DNA of 64,000 nt from a virus (lineage: Duplodnaviria > Heunggongvirae > Uroviricota > Caudoviricetes). The position numbers and the translations under genes were made by a program. Shown piece after piece: positions 1-8,438 of the stretch (position 1 is its first letter; every line of letters begins with the position of its first letter). The stretch is from the IMG/VR virus record IMGVR_UViG_2571042206_000004; one strand, given 5' to 3'. The notes beneath the pieces are model-generated. The model did not search any database, was not told where the DNA came from, and saw nothing but the letters and a program-made list of their open reading frames with translations.

Positions 1-127
1 TAGGTGTGATGCGCGGCTCTATGAATACGGGTATCTCTTTAGCTTATGCCAACAAACAATCTTCCCGCGATTACGAAATTGTGAAGGGAATTGCGCAGCG
101 AGTGTTCGGGTAATTCCGAACACTTCT

Positions 128-826
128 TTGGGAGATAGCGGCATGAATAAATCAGTAAACGAACTCTACAAAGAGCATGTTGGCTTAATCAACAAAGTAA
201 CAAGCAACATTTTAAAACGTGTTGCCAATATGCAAAGCGCAGGGATGCAGGTTCCGATCGAACTTCAAGACGGCGAAGACATTCACAACCTACTTTTTGA
301 AGTTTTCGTGAAAACGATCAAAGGCTTTGATGAGAAACAAAATTTTCGTTTCTCGACCTACTTCGTAAAGTCGGCATATAACCGTATTAATCGCATTATC
401 GAAAATGCTGTTGGCGACCGTTCGATTAATACAGTCTCTTTCTTTGACCTTGCGAATCATCACGAAAGCGAGCCGGTAGATGCCGAAGTCTTTTTGGACG
501 TAGAGCAGGAAAACTCATTAGAACAAGTGGATCTATCCAACCTTCTTAGCTACGTGCAAAAGCAATTAAGTCCTTTGGCCGTAGCGCTGCTTAAACAGGT
601 TATTCATCCAGACCAAGAATTTGAGCGCGAGTATGAGGCTCAATATGCCAAAAGAGAGTTTGCGCTTCAATTTCACAGCTCCCACTACAAAGCGATGGTA
701 AAGCCTCTCAATCTCGCATTTATTGTGCGCTGTGTTAAACGCACAGCAAGAAACAATAAGGAGTTGGTGCTAATCGACGAAGCAGCAAAAGAGATCCGCA
801 AATTGCTTAGCAATGAGCTTATGTGA
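128..826 (+). CDS. phage sigma-70-family-like factor (putative)
   Basis: The segment FRFSTYFVKSAYNRINRII resembles the sigma-70 region 2 consensus (FSTYA.WWIRQAI.R). 232 aa; located at the head of the replication module. Confidence 0.45.
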   Translation: MGDSGMNKSVNELYKEHVGLINKVTSNILKRVANMQSAGMQVPIELQDGEDIHNLLFEVFVKTIKGFDEKQNFRFSTYFVKSAYNRINRIIENAVGDRSINTVSFFDLANHHESEPVDAEVFLDVEQENSLEQVDLSNLLSYVQKQLSPLAVALLKQVIHPDQEFEREYEAQYAKREFALQFHSSHYKAMVKPLNLAFIVRCVKRTARNNKELVLIDEAAKEIRKLLSNELM

Positions 827-901
827 CGCTTTTAAGTTAGTCAGCTAACAAACATCAGTTAAACGGTTTAAAGCGCTGTATGCGCAAAAGAGAGCGAATT
901 A

Positions 902-1591
902 ATGACACACGAAAATGAACATAAAAAAGCTGCATTGAATGCGCCCGCTTGTTTTGGTGCCGTCTCATGTTTTTCTCATGAAAGTGCGGTATGCAAAGAG
1001 TGTCCAGCATTTGAACAATGTATTCCAGCGGTAACAGAGACGTTAAATCGCATTAAGGGCGTAATTAACGTTGAGGACTATTTGAAAAAACACGAAAAGG
1101 CCAAGAAAGAAGCGAGAGCGCGCATTGAAGAGCGTATGAAGCAAGAAATGGCTGAAAAAGCAGCTGAACGCAAAGAAATGCCTATGCCTGAAATGAAAGT
1201 GCCGCGCAAAACTAAGGTTGAGAAGGTCGAATTTAAATTAACAGACGATCAAAACACTCTAATCGCAGAGCTTCCAGTGAAAGCACAGTCGTTTGCGGTA
1301 CAGCTTTGTAAGACTGGTTTAGTCGACCGTATCAAGAAAGACCTTACAGCTGGTGTTAATCCACTTGAAAAGACTGGCCCAAAGTGGCTTGCAATCCTTA
1401 TTGAAATGTTAATTAAGGGCGGTGTAACACGCGCACAATTGAAGAGCGAGTATATGAGCCGTCTTGAGTGGTCAGATGGTACAGCTGGCAGTCACACATC
1501 ATTAGCTTTCAAGATTTTTCAGGCATTTGAAATCGCCGTTGAGTCTGAGTCAAAACTCATAGCTAATCCTAAGTTATTTGAATCTAATTAA
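902..1591 (+). CDS. hypothetical Cys-rich protein (possible anti-sigma/zinc-binding partner)
   Basis: N-terminal cluster CFGAVSCFSHESAVCKECPAFEQC; lies immediately downstream of the sigma-like gene; no other motif recognised. Confidence 0.35.
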   Translation: MTHENEHKKAALNAPACFGAVSCFSHESAVCKECPAFEQCIPAVTETLNRIKGVINVEDYLKKHEKAKKEARARIEERMKQEMAEKAAERKEMPMPEMKVPRKTKVEKVEFKLTDDQNTLIAELPVKAQSFAVQLCKTGLVDRIKKDLTAGVNPLEKTGPKWLAILIEMLIKGGVTRAQLKSEYMSRLEWSDGTAGSHTSLAFKIFQAFEIAVESESKLIANPKLFESN

Positions 1592-1622
1592 TTTTTACTT
1601 ATTAAATTGCTAAAGGAATGTA

Positions 1623-4600
1623 ATGAATATTAATCATGCCCTTTCCGTACAGTCGGACTTCTCGATTGGTCAGTCAATGCTTCAAGTTGATCATATCATT
1701 GAGAAAGCGAAGGAGTTGGGTTATCAATCGGTGGCTTTAGTGGATGATATGAGCGTGCATGCGTTAATTCAGTTCACTTACAAAGCTGAGAAAGAAGGCA
1801 TAAAACCAATTGCTGGCGTGCGTGTACGTGTTTATGACGACCCTACCTACCGTCGACCTACAAAACAATCTCAAGAGATTCCTAAAGAAAATCTGTCGTT
1901 TATCTGTAAGGTTTACGCGAAGACTGAGGTTGGATTCAAAGGGCTGCTTAGGCTATTGACCGAAGCAAATACTCCAGAGCGCTTTTATTACAATCCACGC
2001 TCGTGTTTAAAAGACTTGCTTGAGTTAGAAGACGTCATCATATCTACAGGCGATATGTTCGGTATGTGTAGTCATCCAGACTATGAAAATATAGCTCGTC
2101 AACTCAAAGCGCGTTTTGGTGAAGATTTCTATGCGGAACTTTGCCCTATAAACACTCCCCTTTTCGACAAAATGAATAAGCGCGCAATCGAGCTGGTTGG
2201 CTCATTGGGCTGCAAGCCACTTGTCACCTACCCTTTCCGCTACTTAGATAATGCAGACGCTAGTACGATGGATGTGATGAGTGCCATTGCGAGTAACACG
2301 CAGTTAGATGCACCTTTTCGCAGTCGTCAGTATGTTAAGGAATTTGCATTTGTAGAGCCTAGCGCAATCATAGACCGCACTAAAGCTGCTATTGCACGCG
2401 GAATTAAGTTTAATCGCACTGTACTTGACCCTAAATCGGTAACTGCAATTTGGACAAATGGCATTAAGAACTGCGAAGAAGTAGTGCAAAAGTGCCAGTA
2501 CAAGTTTGAAAAACAACCAGTTTCATTGCCTAAACTCGCTAATGATGAGTTTAAGAAGTTGTGCGAGTTATGCGTTGAGGGTTGGAAAAAACGTTTTAGC
2601 AAGCCCGTCTTAGGCTATTTGCCACCTAAAAATTTACTCGATACCGTTTACAAAGAACGCTTAGGCTATGAGTTAAAAACGCTTAAAAACATGGGTTTTG
2701 AATCTTACTTCCTTATGGTTGAAGACCTTGTTACATGGGCGAAAAACAATGGTGTGATTGTAGGTCCGGGACGTGGTTCGGTTAATGGTTCACTTGTTGC
2801 GTATCTAATCGGTATTGCCGACGTCGATCCAATTCGATTCGGTTTGATCTTTGAGCGTTTTATTAACCCTGAACGTTTAGACTTACCCGATGCTGACTTG
2901 GACTTTGCCTCTTCACGTCGTCATAAGGTCGTTGAGTATTTGATTGATAAATACGGTAAAGACTACGTAGCGGGTATTTCCAACTATTCGACCTTAGCCT
3001 CTGCGTCAGCGCTACGTGATGTTGGTCGTCTAAGTGGTTTAACACCTCTTGAACTCACAGCTTCAAAATTCGTACTCAAAGATCATGGCCAAACAATGTC
3101 TTTGGAAGAGTCAGCTAAAGCGGTTCCTGAATTAGAGAAATTTAAAAAAGCACATCCTGAGATCTGGAAGCACGCGGTCAAACTTGCAGGCACAATGAAG
3201 TCATTTGGCCAACACGCTGCCGGTATTGTTGTTGCAGGTGAGCCGATTGTGAATCGCGCTGTATTAGAGCGAAGATCTGAAGACACTGTGGTCAATTGGG
3301 ATAAACGCGTTGTAGAAGATTGCGGTTTGGTCAAAATGGACTTACTCGGTTTGTCCACTTTAGATACGCTGAATATCGCCCGTGATTATATTAAAGAACG
3401 TCATGGTATTTATCTAAATTACTTAGAAATTCCATTAGATGACCCAAAAACATTGCAAGCTTTCGCAAACGGTAATACTACGGGCGTGTTCCAGTTTGAA
3501 TCAGGAGGCATGAAGCAGCTGCTTAAAGATATTGCGAAAGGCGGTTCAATGACCTTTGATGATATTTCAGCTGCAACCGCGTTGTATCGTCCGGGTCCGA
3601 TGGATTCAGGACTTTTAGATGATTATGTTGCTACGCGTCAGGGTATGCGTTCAGTAAGTTACGATCATCCTAATATGGTTGAAGCACTCAAAGACACGCT
3701 AGGCGTCATAATCTATCAAGAACAGGTAATGAAAGTCTCTGTGGATTTTGCAGGTTTTACAAATGCTGAAGCGGATAAACTCCGTAAAGCAATGGGTAAA
3801 AAGAATGTAGATGAAATGGCTAAAATGCGTCAAAAGTTCATTGATGGCGCCGTTGCTAAATCAGGAGTAGAACCAGGAGAAGCCGGTCGCATCTTTGACA
3901 AGATCGAAGCCTTTGCTGGCTATGGTTTCAACAAAAGTCACGCAACGGCTTATTCGATTATCTCGGTATGGTGTGCATACGTTCGTGTCCACTACCCTGC
4001 TGAGTATTTCGCAGCCTCTTTATCAATCGTAGACGAAGACAAATTGAAGGGGTTGGTAAAGGATGCGCGCGAATGCGGTATCGAAGTATTGCCGCCCGAT
4101 ATTAACTTATCTTCTGATCGTTACACCATTTTAGACAATCACAACATTCTTGCACCTTTTAACGCTGTAAAGGGTGTGTCAGAGACAACGGCGCGCGCTA
4201 TTGTGAAATTACGCGAAAAGCATCGTGACTTGAAGATTGTTAAGTATAAACGCGACAAAACACCCGTTTGGGGCTATGACGACGATGCGCCAATTAAAAA
4301 ACGTTTTGATAGTCTCTTTGAGTTCCAAGAAGCAGCAGCACAGCCTAAAACAAAGGTAAACAGCAAAGTGGTTGAATCGCTTAATGCAATTGGCGCTTTA
4401 GCGAGTGTTGAGCCTACTCAATTACCTGCACGACACGTCGACCGTCGCAAGGCTCAAATGGACTTATTGCCCGGCATTATCATTGATACTGTAAAAGCTG
4501 ACCGTGTTGCTGATCTAACCGAGCAGCATTTAAAGAGTCGCATCATTATGGTGGCTCAAGAATACAAACAGTGTGACGCTTGTGATTTGAAAGGTAAAAA

Positions 4601-5078
4601 GCACCCTACTATGCGCTGTGGTAACAAAGTTAAGTTTATGGTTGTCACAGATTGTCCTAACGTCGATGAGGACAAACAAGACAAACTTATGGTCGGTGAT
4701 GTCTCAACTTATCTTAAACAGGCAATTAAAGACGCTGGCTTAAATCCTAGTGATGGTTATTACACAACTATGGTGAAAGCGCGTAAATCAGATAAGTTTC
4801 TTACTAACTCGCAGATTAACAACTGTAGTAAGTACTTGGAAGAAGAGATAAAACTCGTAAAACCGAGCATTATTGTTGCGCTAGGATCTTCGGTGGCCAA
4901 AAAGTTCTTACCGTCGGTTAAAGGTGGAATATCAGAACTGAATGCTACAGCGGTTTATGACCCAACGCTTGATGCAACAATCGTATGCGGGATTAGTCCA
5001 GCTCAATTACCGTTTGACCCTTCAAAATTACCAGACCTTACTTTAGCCTTTGAAAAAGTGGCTGAAGTATTAAGTTGA
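1623..5078 (+). CDS. dnaE: DNA polymerase III alpha (DnaE-type) with C-terminal family-4 UDG-like domain
   Basis: N-terminal PHP domain. Hallmark GPGRGSVNGSLVAYLIGI and FDISA..LYRPGPMD motifs. The C-terminal ~170 aa aligns to family-4 uracil-DNA glycosylase (MVGD..YYTTMVKARKS..IIVALGSSVAKKFL). Confidence 0.9.
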   Translation: MNINHALSVQSDFSIGQSMLQVDHIIEKAKELGYQSVALVDDMSVHALIQFTYKAEKEGIKPIAGVRVRVYDDPTYRRPTKQSQEIPKENLSFICKVYAKTEVGFKGLLRLLTEANTPERFYYNPRSCLKDLLELEDVIISTGDMFGMCSHPDYENIARQLKARFGEDFYAELCPINTPLFDKMNKRAIELVGSLGCKPLVTYPFRYLDNADASTMDVMSAIASNTQLDAPFRSRQYVKEFAFVEPSAIIDRTKAAIARGIKFNRTVLDPKSVTAIWTNGIKNCEEVVQKCQYKFEKQPVSLPKLANDEFKKLCELCVEGWKKRFSKPVLGYLPPKNLLDTVYKERLGYELKTLKNMGFESYFLMVEDLVTWAKNNGVIVGPGRGSVNGSLVAYLIGIADVDPIRFGLIFERFINPERLDLPDADLDFASSRRHKVVEYLIDKYGKDYVAGISNYSTLASASALRDVGRLSGLTPLELTASKFVLKDHGQTMSLEESAKAVPELEKFKKAHPEIWKHAVKLAGTMKSFGQHAAGIVVAGEPIVNRAVLERRSEDTVVNWDKRVVEDCGLVKMDLLGLSTLDTLNIARDYIKERHGIYLNYLEIPLDDPKTLQAFANGNTTGVFQFESGGMKQLLKDIAKGGSMTFDDISAATALYRPGPMDSGLLDDYVATRQGMRSVSYDHPNMVEALKDTLGVIIYQEQVMKVSVDFAGFTNAEADKLRKAMGKKNVDEMAKMRQKFIDGAVAKSGVEPGEAGRIFDKIEAFAGYGFNKSHATAYSIISVWCAYVRVHYPAEYFAASLSIVDEDKLKGLVKDARECGIEVLPPDINLSSDRYTILDNHNILAPFNAVKGVSETTARAIVKLREKHRDLKIVKYKRDKTPVWGYDDDAPIKKRFDSLFEFQEAAAQPKTKVNSKVVESLNAIGALASVEPTQLPARHVDRRKAQMDLLPGIIIDTVKADRVADLTEQHLKSRIIMVAQEYKQCDACDLKGKKHPTMRCGNKVKFMVVTDCPNVDEDKQDKLMVGDVSTYLKQAIKDAGLNPSDGYYTTMVKARKSDKFLTNSQINNCSKYLEEEIKLVKPSIIVALGSSVAKKFLPSVKGGISELNATAVYDPTLDATIVCGISPAQLPFDPSKLPDLTLAFEKVAEVLS
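4560..5078 (+). other. UDG family-4-like domain fused to the DnaE C-terminus; catalytic GEGPG replaced by TDCPN
   Basis: FMVVTDCPNVDEDKQDKLMVGDVS, YYTTMVKARKS and LVKPSIIVALGSSVAKKFL match the UDG4 consensus VIVGEGPG…PFVG, YITNVVKCRPP and IIVPLGAVAA. An upstream Cys cluster CDACDLKGKKHPTMRC is present. Confidence 0.6.
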
Positions 5079-5089
5079 TTTATCTGAAA

Positions 5090-5111
5090 AGTCAGTCACT
5101 ACTGATTGACT
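5090..5111. repeat. intergenic palindromic motif copy (class II: TCAGTCACTACTGATTGAC) embedded in a 9-bp-stem hairpin GAAAAGTCA…TGACTTTTC
   Basis: Read directly from the sequence. Confidence 0.7.
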
Positions 5112-5162
5112 TTTCGTTTAATAATTTTATAGTGACACCTTATTTTTAACGCAGAGGTATTT

Positions 5163-6269
5163 ATGACAACTCAAACACAAGATTTCGCAACAGAACAGGA
5201 CTTAGACAAACTATTTGAAGAATTAGACATGCTTGGCGAAATGCATTCTACGCCAGCTGAGCAACCTTCTGCACCAGCAGCAGAACCACAGCCTCAAGTA
5301 GTTCAACAAACAGTGACCGCACCTTCTCCACAGCCTCAAGCGGTACCTGAGCCGCCAGTGCAGCAAGTTATTACTCCTGAGCCAACCCCTGTTGCATCAA
5401 CACCTCAAGCTATGTTCGCCAATTTTAATGTTGGTGGAATGCTTAAACACGCTGAAGGAAAAGTTGAATTAGAACCAGAGACTCAAACACCCCCACCACA
5501 ACAGCAGACTACGTTACAACCGCCAGTTCCAGAAAGGGTGGACAATGATGCAGATCAAAAAGTTGTTGATCAAATATTTGCTACGACCGCTTCTACTCCA
5601 TCCGCCGCTCCTGCTAATACTAGCGTCGTACCACCTATCGCAACTGCTCCTAAAAATCCTCAACCTATTGCTGAGCAAGCTGCTCCAAGCCCTGCGCAAC
5701 AAACATCAGCAATGGCTCAACAAAAGCGAGCAACGGGATATGTCGGAAAATTAGGTATCACATTAGAAAACCTGAAATACAAGCCGGATGTACACGCATT
5801 TCAGATAGAAACAGCGATTTCCGATGTCACAATTGACCAATGTATGACAGCTCAACCTTCATTAATGGCTTACTGGTCAGCTCAACAAGCTCTCGCAGAT
5901 CATCAGCAAGCACTGGCGAAGCGACAGCTCGAACATGTAGAAGCTACGTTGTTTCAGGTGTACCGTAAATCACTTATTAAAGCAGGTGAAAAGCCTACTG
6001 AACGTCTCATTGACGCTTATATTCGCAGAGACCCAACATGGGAACTGGCTTATGACGTACATGCTACGGCAACGCAATACGCCAACATCCATAAGGGAAA
6101 TGTGTTTGCGCTTGTACATCGTCGTGACATGTTAATTCAACGCGGATCTAGTTTGCGCGCCGAGCTACAAGGTCAGATGCGGATATTAAATCAAGATAAT
6201 CATAATGACGATTCGATGGCCGCGGTTGAAAACGCTGCTCGCTCATTAAATCGTACATATACCCAATAA
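5163..6269 (+). CDS. hypothetical protein with Pro/Gln-rich low-complexity N-terminus
   Basis: 368-aa ORF. The first ~190 aa are P/Q/A/T-rich; the C-terminal half is helical-looking. No motif recognised. Confidence 0.5.
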   Translation: MTTQTQDFATEQDLDKLFEELDMLGEMHSTPAEQPSAPAAEPQPQVVQQTVTAPSPQPQAVPEPPVQQVITPEPTPVASTPQAMFANFNVGGMLKHAEGKVELEPETQTPPPQQQTTLQPPVPERVDNDADQKVVDQIFATTASTPSAAPANTSVVPPIATAPKNPQPIAEQAAPSPAQQTSAMAQQKRATGYVGKLGITLENLKYKPDVHAFQIETAISDVTIDQCMTAQPSLMAYWSAQQALADHQQALAKRQLEHVEATLFQVYRKSLIKAGEKPTERLIDAYIRRDPTWELAYDVHATATQYANIHKGNVFALVHRRDMLIQRGSSLRAELQGQMRILNQDNHNDDSMAAVENAARSLNRTYTQ

Positions 6270-6283
6270 TTCTTATTGAAAAG

Positions 6284-6303
6284 ATCAGTCAGTACTGACT
6301 ATA
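6284..6303. repeat. palindromic motif copy (class I GATCAGTCAGTACTGACTAT) followed by TATACT
   Basis: Perfect 14-bp palindrome AGTCAGTACTGACT. Confidence 0.75.
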
Positions 6304-6419
6304 CTATCAACCGTTAAAACAAGCGAATCGCAGCACGTCGAAATGAAGCGATTCGCAAGTTTTAACAAGTCTCAAAGCAACAAAGCAATCAACGCAAAGC
6401 TACTCAAGGAAATTGTAAC

Positions 6420-7307
6420 ATGACTCAATTCGTTTTAGACCCAGCTAAATTAATGGAAACCGCAGCAAATAAGCAAAACGCTATTCGCTCGCGTGAGAAA
6501 ACTCTCAAACCTAAAGATGGGTCGAATCGTTATGTATTACTTCCGGGGTGGGGTTGGAAGCAAGGTAAGCAAGACGTGTGGTTCCACGATTTCGGTATGC
6601 ACTTTATTAAAGATGCAAACGGTGATCTACAGTCTACTTATGTTTGTTTAGATAAGACATTTGGCAAGGATTGCCCGATCTGTGGCGCTTTAAAACAAGC
6701 TGCTAACATAGCTACAACAGAAGCTCAAGTCGAAGCATTAAAAGAGTGTGGTTCACGCCAAACTTATTTAATGAACGTTTTGGCTTTAGATTCTGACCGT
6801 CCAAACGATCCGCAAATCTTAGAAGTGCCTAAAACAGTATTTAGCGCAATCTTTGATGTATTGGCTAAATGGGGTGCGCGTTTATTTGATCCTAACGGTT
6901 CACAAGTCATTGTGATTAACCGAAACGGCTCAGGTATGAACACCAAATACACTGTTTTACCAGATGCCGAAACCAAACCAGTTCCTCCACAAGTTTACGA
7001 AAAACTTAACAATCTTGATGAATATGTTTCTCAAGAAAATGACGAACGTTTACAACGCTCGTTAGGACACGTTCAACAAGTTGTAGGTTTGTTACCGCCC
7101 GCTCAAAGCAACGATACGCCTCGTACTGCACCTGCTGCAATTGGCTTAGCTGCTGGCGGCGCTGCGCAACCTGCATATCAACAGACCGCAGAGGAAATTT
7201 CGTATACCGAAGTTACTCAGCCTGCACAACCTCAAACGGTTGAGCATGCCCCGATCAACCTTAACACTGATTTAGAAGCGTTATTAGACCTCGATATTCC
7301 AGTTTAA
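6420..7307 (+). CDS. ssDNA-binding protein, T4 gp32-like (putative)
   Basis: YVLLPG…FHDFGMHFIKD…YVCL…DCPICG mirrors the gp32 His/Cys3 zinc site (IRFLP…FHGF…CSS…C..C). Acidic C-terminal tail DLEALLDLDIPV is typical of SSBs. Confidence 0.5.
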   Translation: MTQFVLDPAKLMETAANKQNAIRSREKTLKPKDGSNRYVLLPGWGWKQGKQDVWFHDFGMHFIKDANGDLQSTYVCLDKTFGKDCPICGALKQAANIATTEAQVEALKECGSRQTYLMNVLALDSDRPNDPQILEVPKTVFSAIFDVLAKWGARLFDPNGSQVIVINRNGSGMNTKYTVLPDAETKPVPPQVYEKLNNLDEYVSQENDERLQRSLGHVQQVVGLLPPAQSNDTPRTAPAAIGLAAGGAAQPAYQQTAEEISYTEVTQPAQPQTVEHAPINLNTDLEALLDLDIPV

Positions 7308-7363
7308 CGGTTAATCAACAAGAAGCCGCCGCAAGGTGGCTTCTTCGTCAGAGGGTATCAAAT

Positions 7364-8428
7364 ATGCCACATTTAACGATTTTAATTGATGCGAACTCTA
7401 TTGGTTACGCAGCTCATCACGCTACAAAACTGCATTCGGGTGTTATGCAAACTCAGGCAGTGTACGGTTTTCTTCGTACAGTGCGCGAATTACGCATCCG
7501 CAACCCGTTAGCAACAATCTATGTGCTATGGGATGGAAAAGCTCAATTTCGCTTTGATATGTGCCCTGAATACAAAATTAAGCGCGTTGCTGATACACCT
7601 GAAAAGGTCGCTGATAAAGAAGCTTACAAAGCGCAGTTACCGTTTATCAAAGCGGCTCTATCTGCTTTAGGCATTACGCAGATTCTTTCATACATTCATG
7701 AAGCTGATGACTTAGCTGGAATCTTAGTAAAGCAAATCATGAAAAATCCAGATCAAGAAATCTTACTTGCGTCAGGCGACGTAGATTGGGTGCAACTCAT
7801 ACGTCGTGGTGTGCGTTGGCAAGATTTGCGTGACAAACGAAATGAGAAGGTTATTACCTTTGAAAATTTTGTTGAAAAGACTGGCTATAAAACTCCACTA
7901 GCGTTTTTGGAGGGCAAAGCTCTTCAAGGCGATTCTTCTGACTGCATACCGGGAGTTGGCGGTATTGGTGAAGCAACAGCGCCGTTATTTCTAGCTGAAC
8001 ATGGTTCGGTTGGTAAATTCATTCAACGTTGCGAAAGTGGCGAAATTAAACCAGCCAATAAAGCTCAACGCTCATTGTGGAAAGGCACTTCTCCCTACAC
8101 GAAAGAGCAATGGAAAAACTTATTCCATTATCAACGTGACGACTCTCTAAGTGACGAAGAGAACGAGAAGGAACACAAGAAACAGCTGAAAAAACACATG
8201 GACGCATATATCGGTCAAGGTCGTTCGATCTTCATTCGAAATATGAAAATCATGCAGCTGATCAACCCACATCCTTTAGAGAAGCAACACCTTGAAATAG
8301 ACAAAGGCAACTTTGACTTAGACAAGTTCATTGACATATGCGCGGAGCTGAACTTCGCATCCATTTTGAACGTAATTGATAACTTTGTTCAACCGTTCAA
8401 ACAAGCATTACCGACACAAACTAATTGA
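7364..8428 (+). CDS. 5'-3' exonuclease / flap endonuclease (FEN, T4 RNase H / Pol I N-domain family)
   Basis: LTILIDANSIGYAAHHA…VYGFLRTV…YVLWDGK…RFDMCPEYKIKR and HEADDLAG motifs of PIN-like 5' nucleases. Confidence 0.8.
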   Translation: MPHLTILIDANSIGYAAHHATKLHSGVMQTQAVYGFLRTVRELRIRNPLATIYVLWDGKAQFRFDMCPEYKIKRVADTPEKVADKEAYKAQLPFIKAALSALGITQILSYIHEADDLAGILVKQIMKNPDQEILLASGDVDWVQLIRRGVRWQDLRDKRNEKVITFENFVEKTGYKTPLAFLEGKALQGDSSDCIPGVGGIGEATAPLFLAEHGSVGKFIQRCESGEIKPANKAQRSLWKGTSPYTKEQWKNLFHYQRDDSLSDEENEKEHKKQLKKHMDAYIGQGRSIFIRNMKIMQLINPHPLEKQHLEIDKGNFDLDKFIDICAELNFASILNVIDNFVQPFKQALPTQTN

Positions 8429-8438
8429 GATTAAAGAC

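Noticed and set aside
101-122. Hairpin GTGTTCGG-GTAATT-CCGAACAC before the sigma-like gene as a terminator
   Set aside because: It is an 8-bp perfect stem but followed by CTTCTTTGGG rather than a U-run. It could equally be a 5' UTR structure, and without the upstream gene in the window it cannot be interpreted.
2304-3358. Minus-strand ORFs (70–91 aa) nested inside the dnaE coding region
   Set aside because: They lie entirely antisense within a strongly supported 1151-aa gene and have no RBS or motif. They are typical spurious antisense ORFs.
8376-8438. N-terminal extension of the recA-like ORF (MITLFNRSNKHYRHKLIEIKD)
   Set aside because: It would overlap the upstream FEN gene by 53 nt. The ATG at 8439 immediately follows that gene's stop, and the RecA homology begins there.
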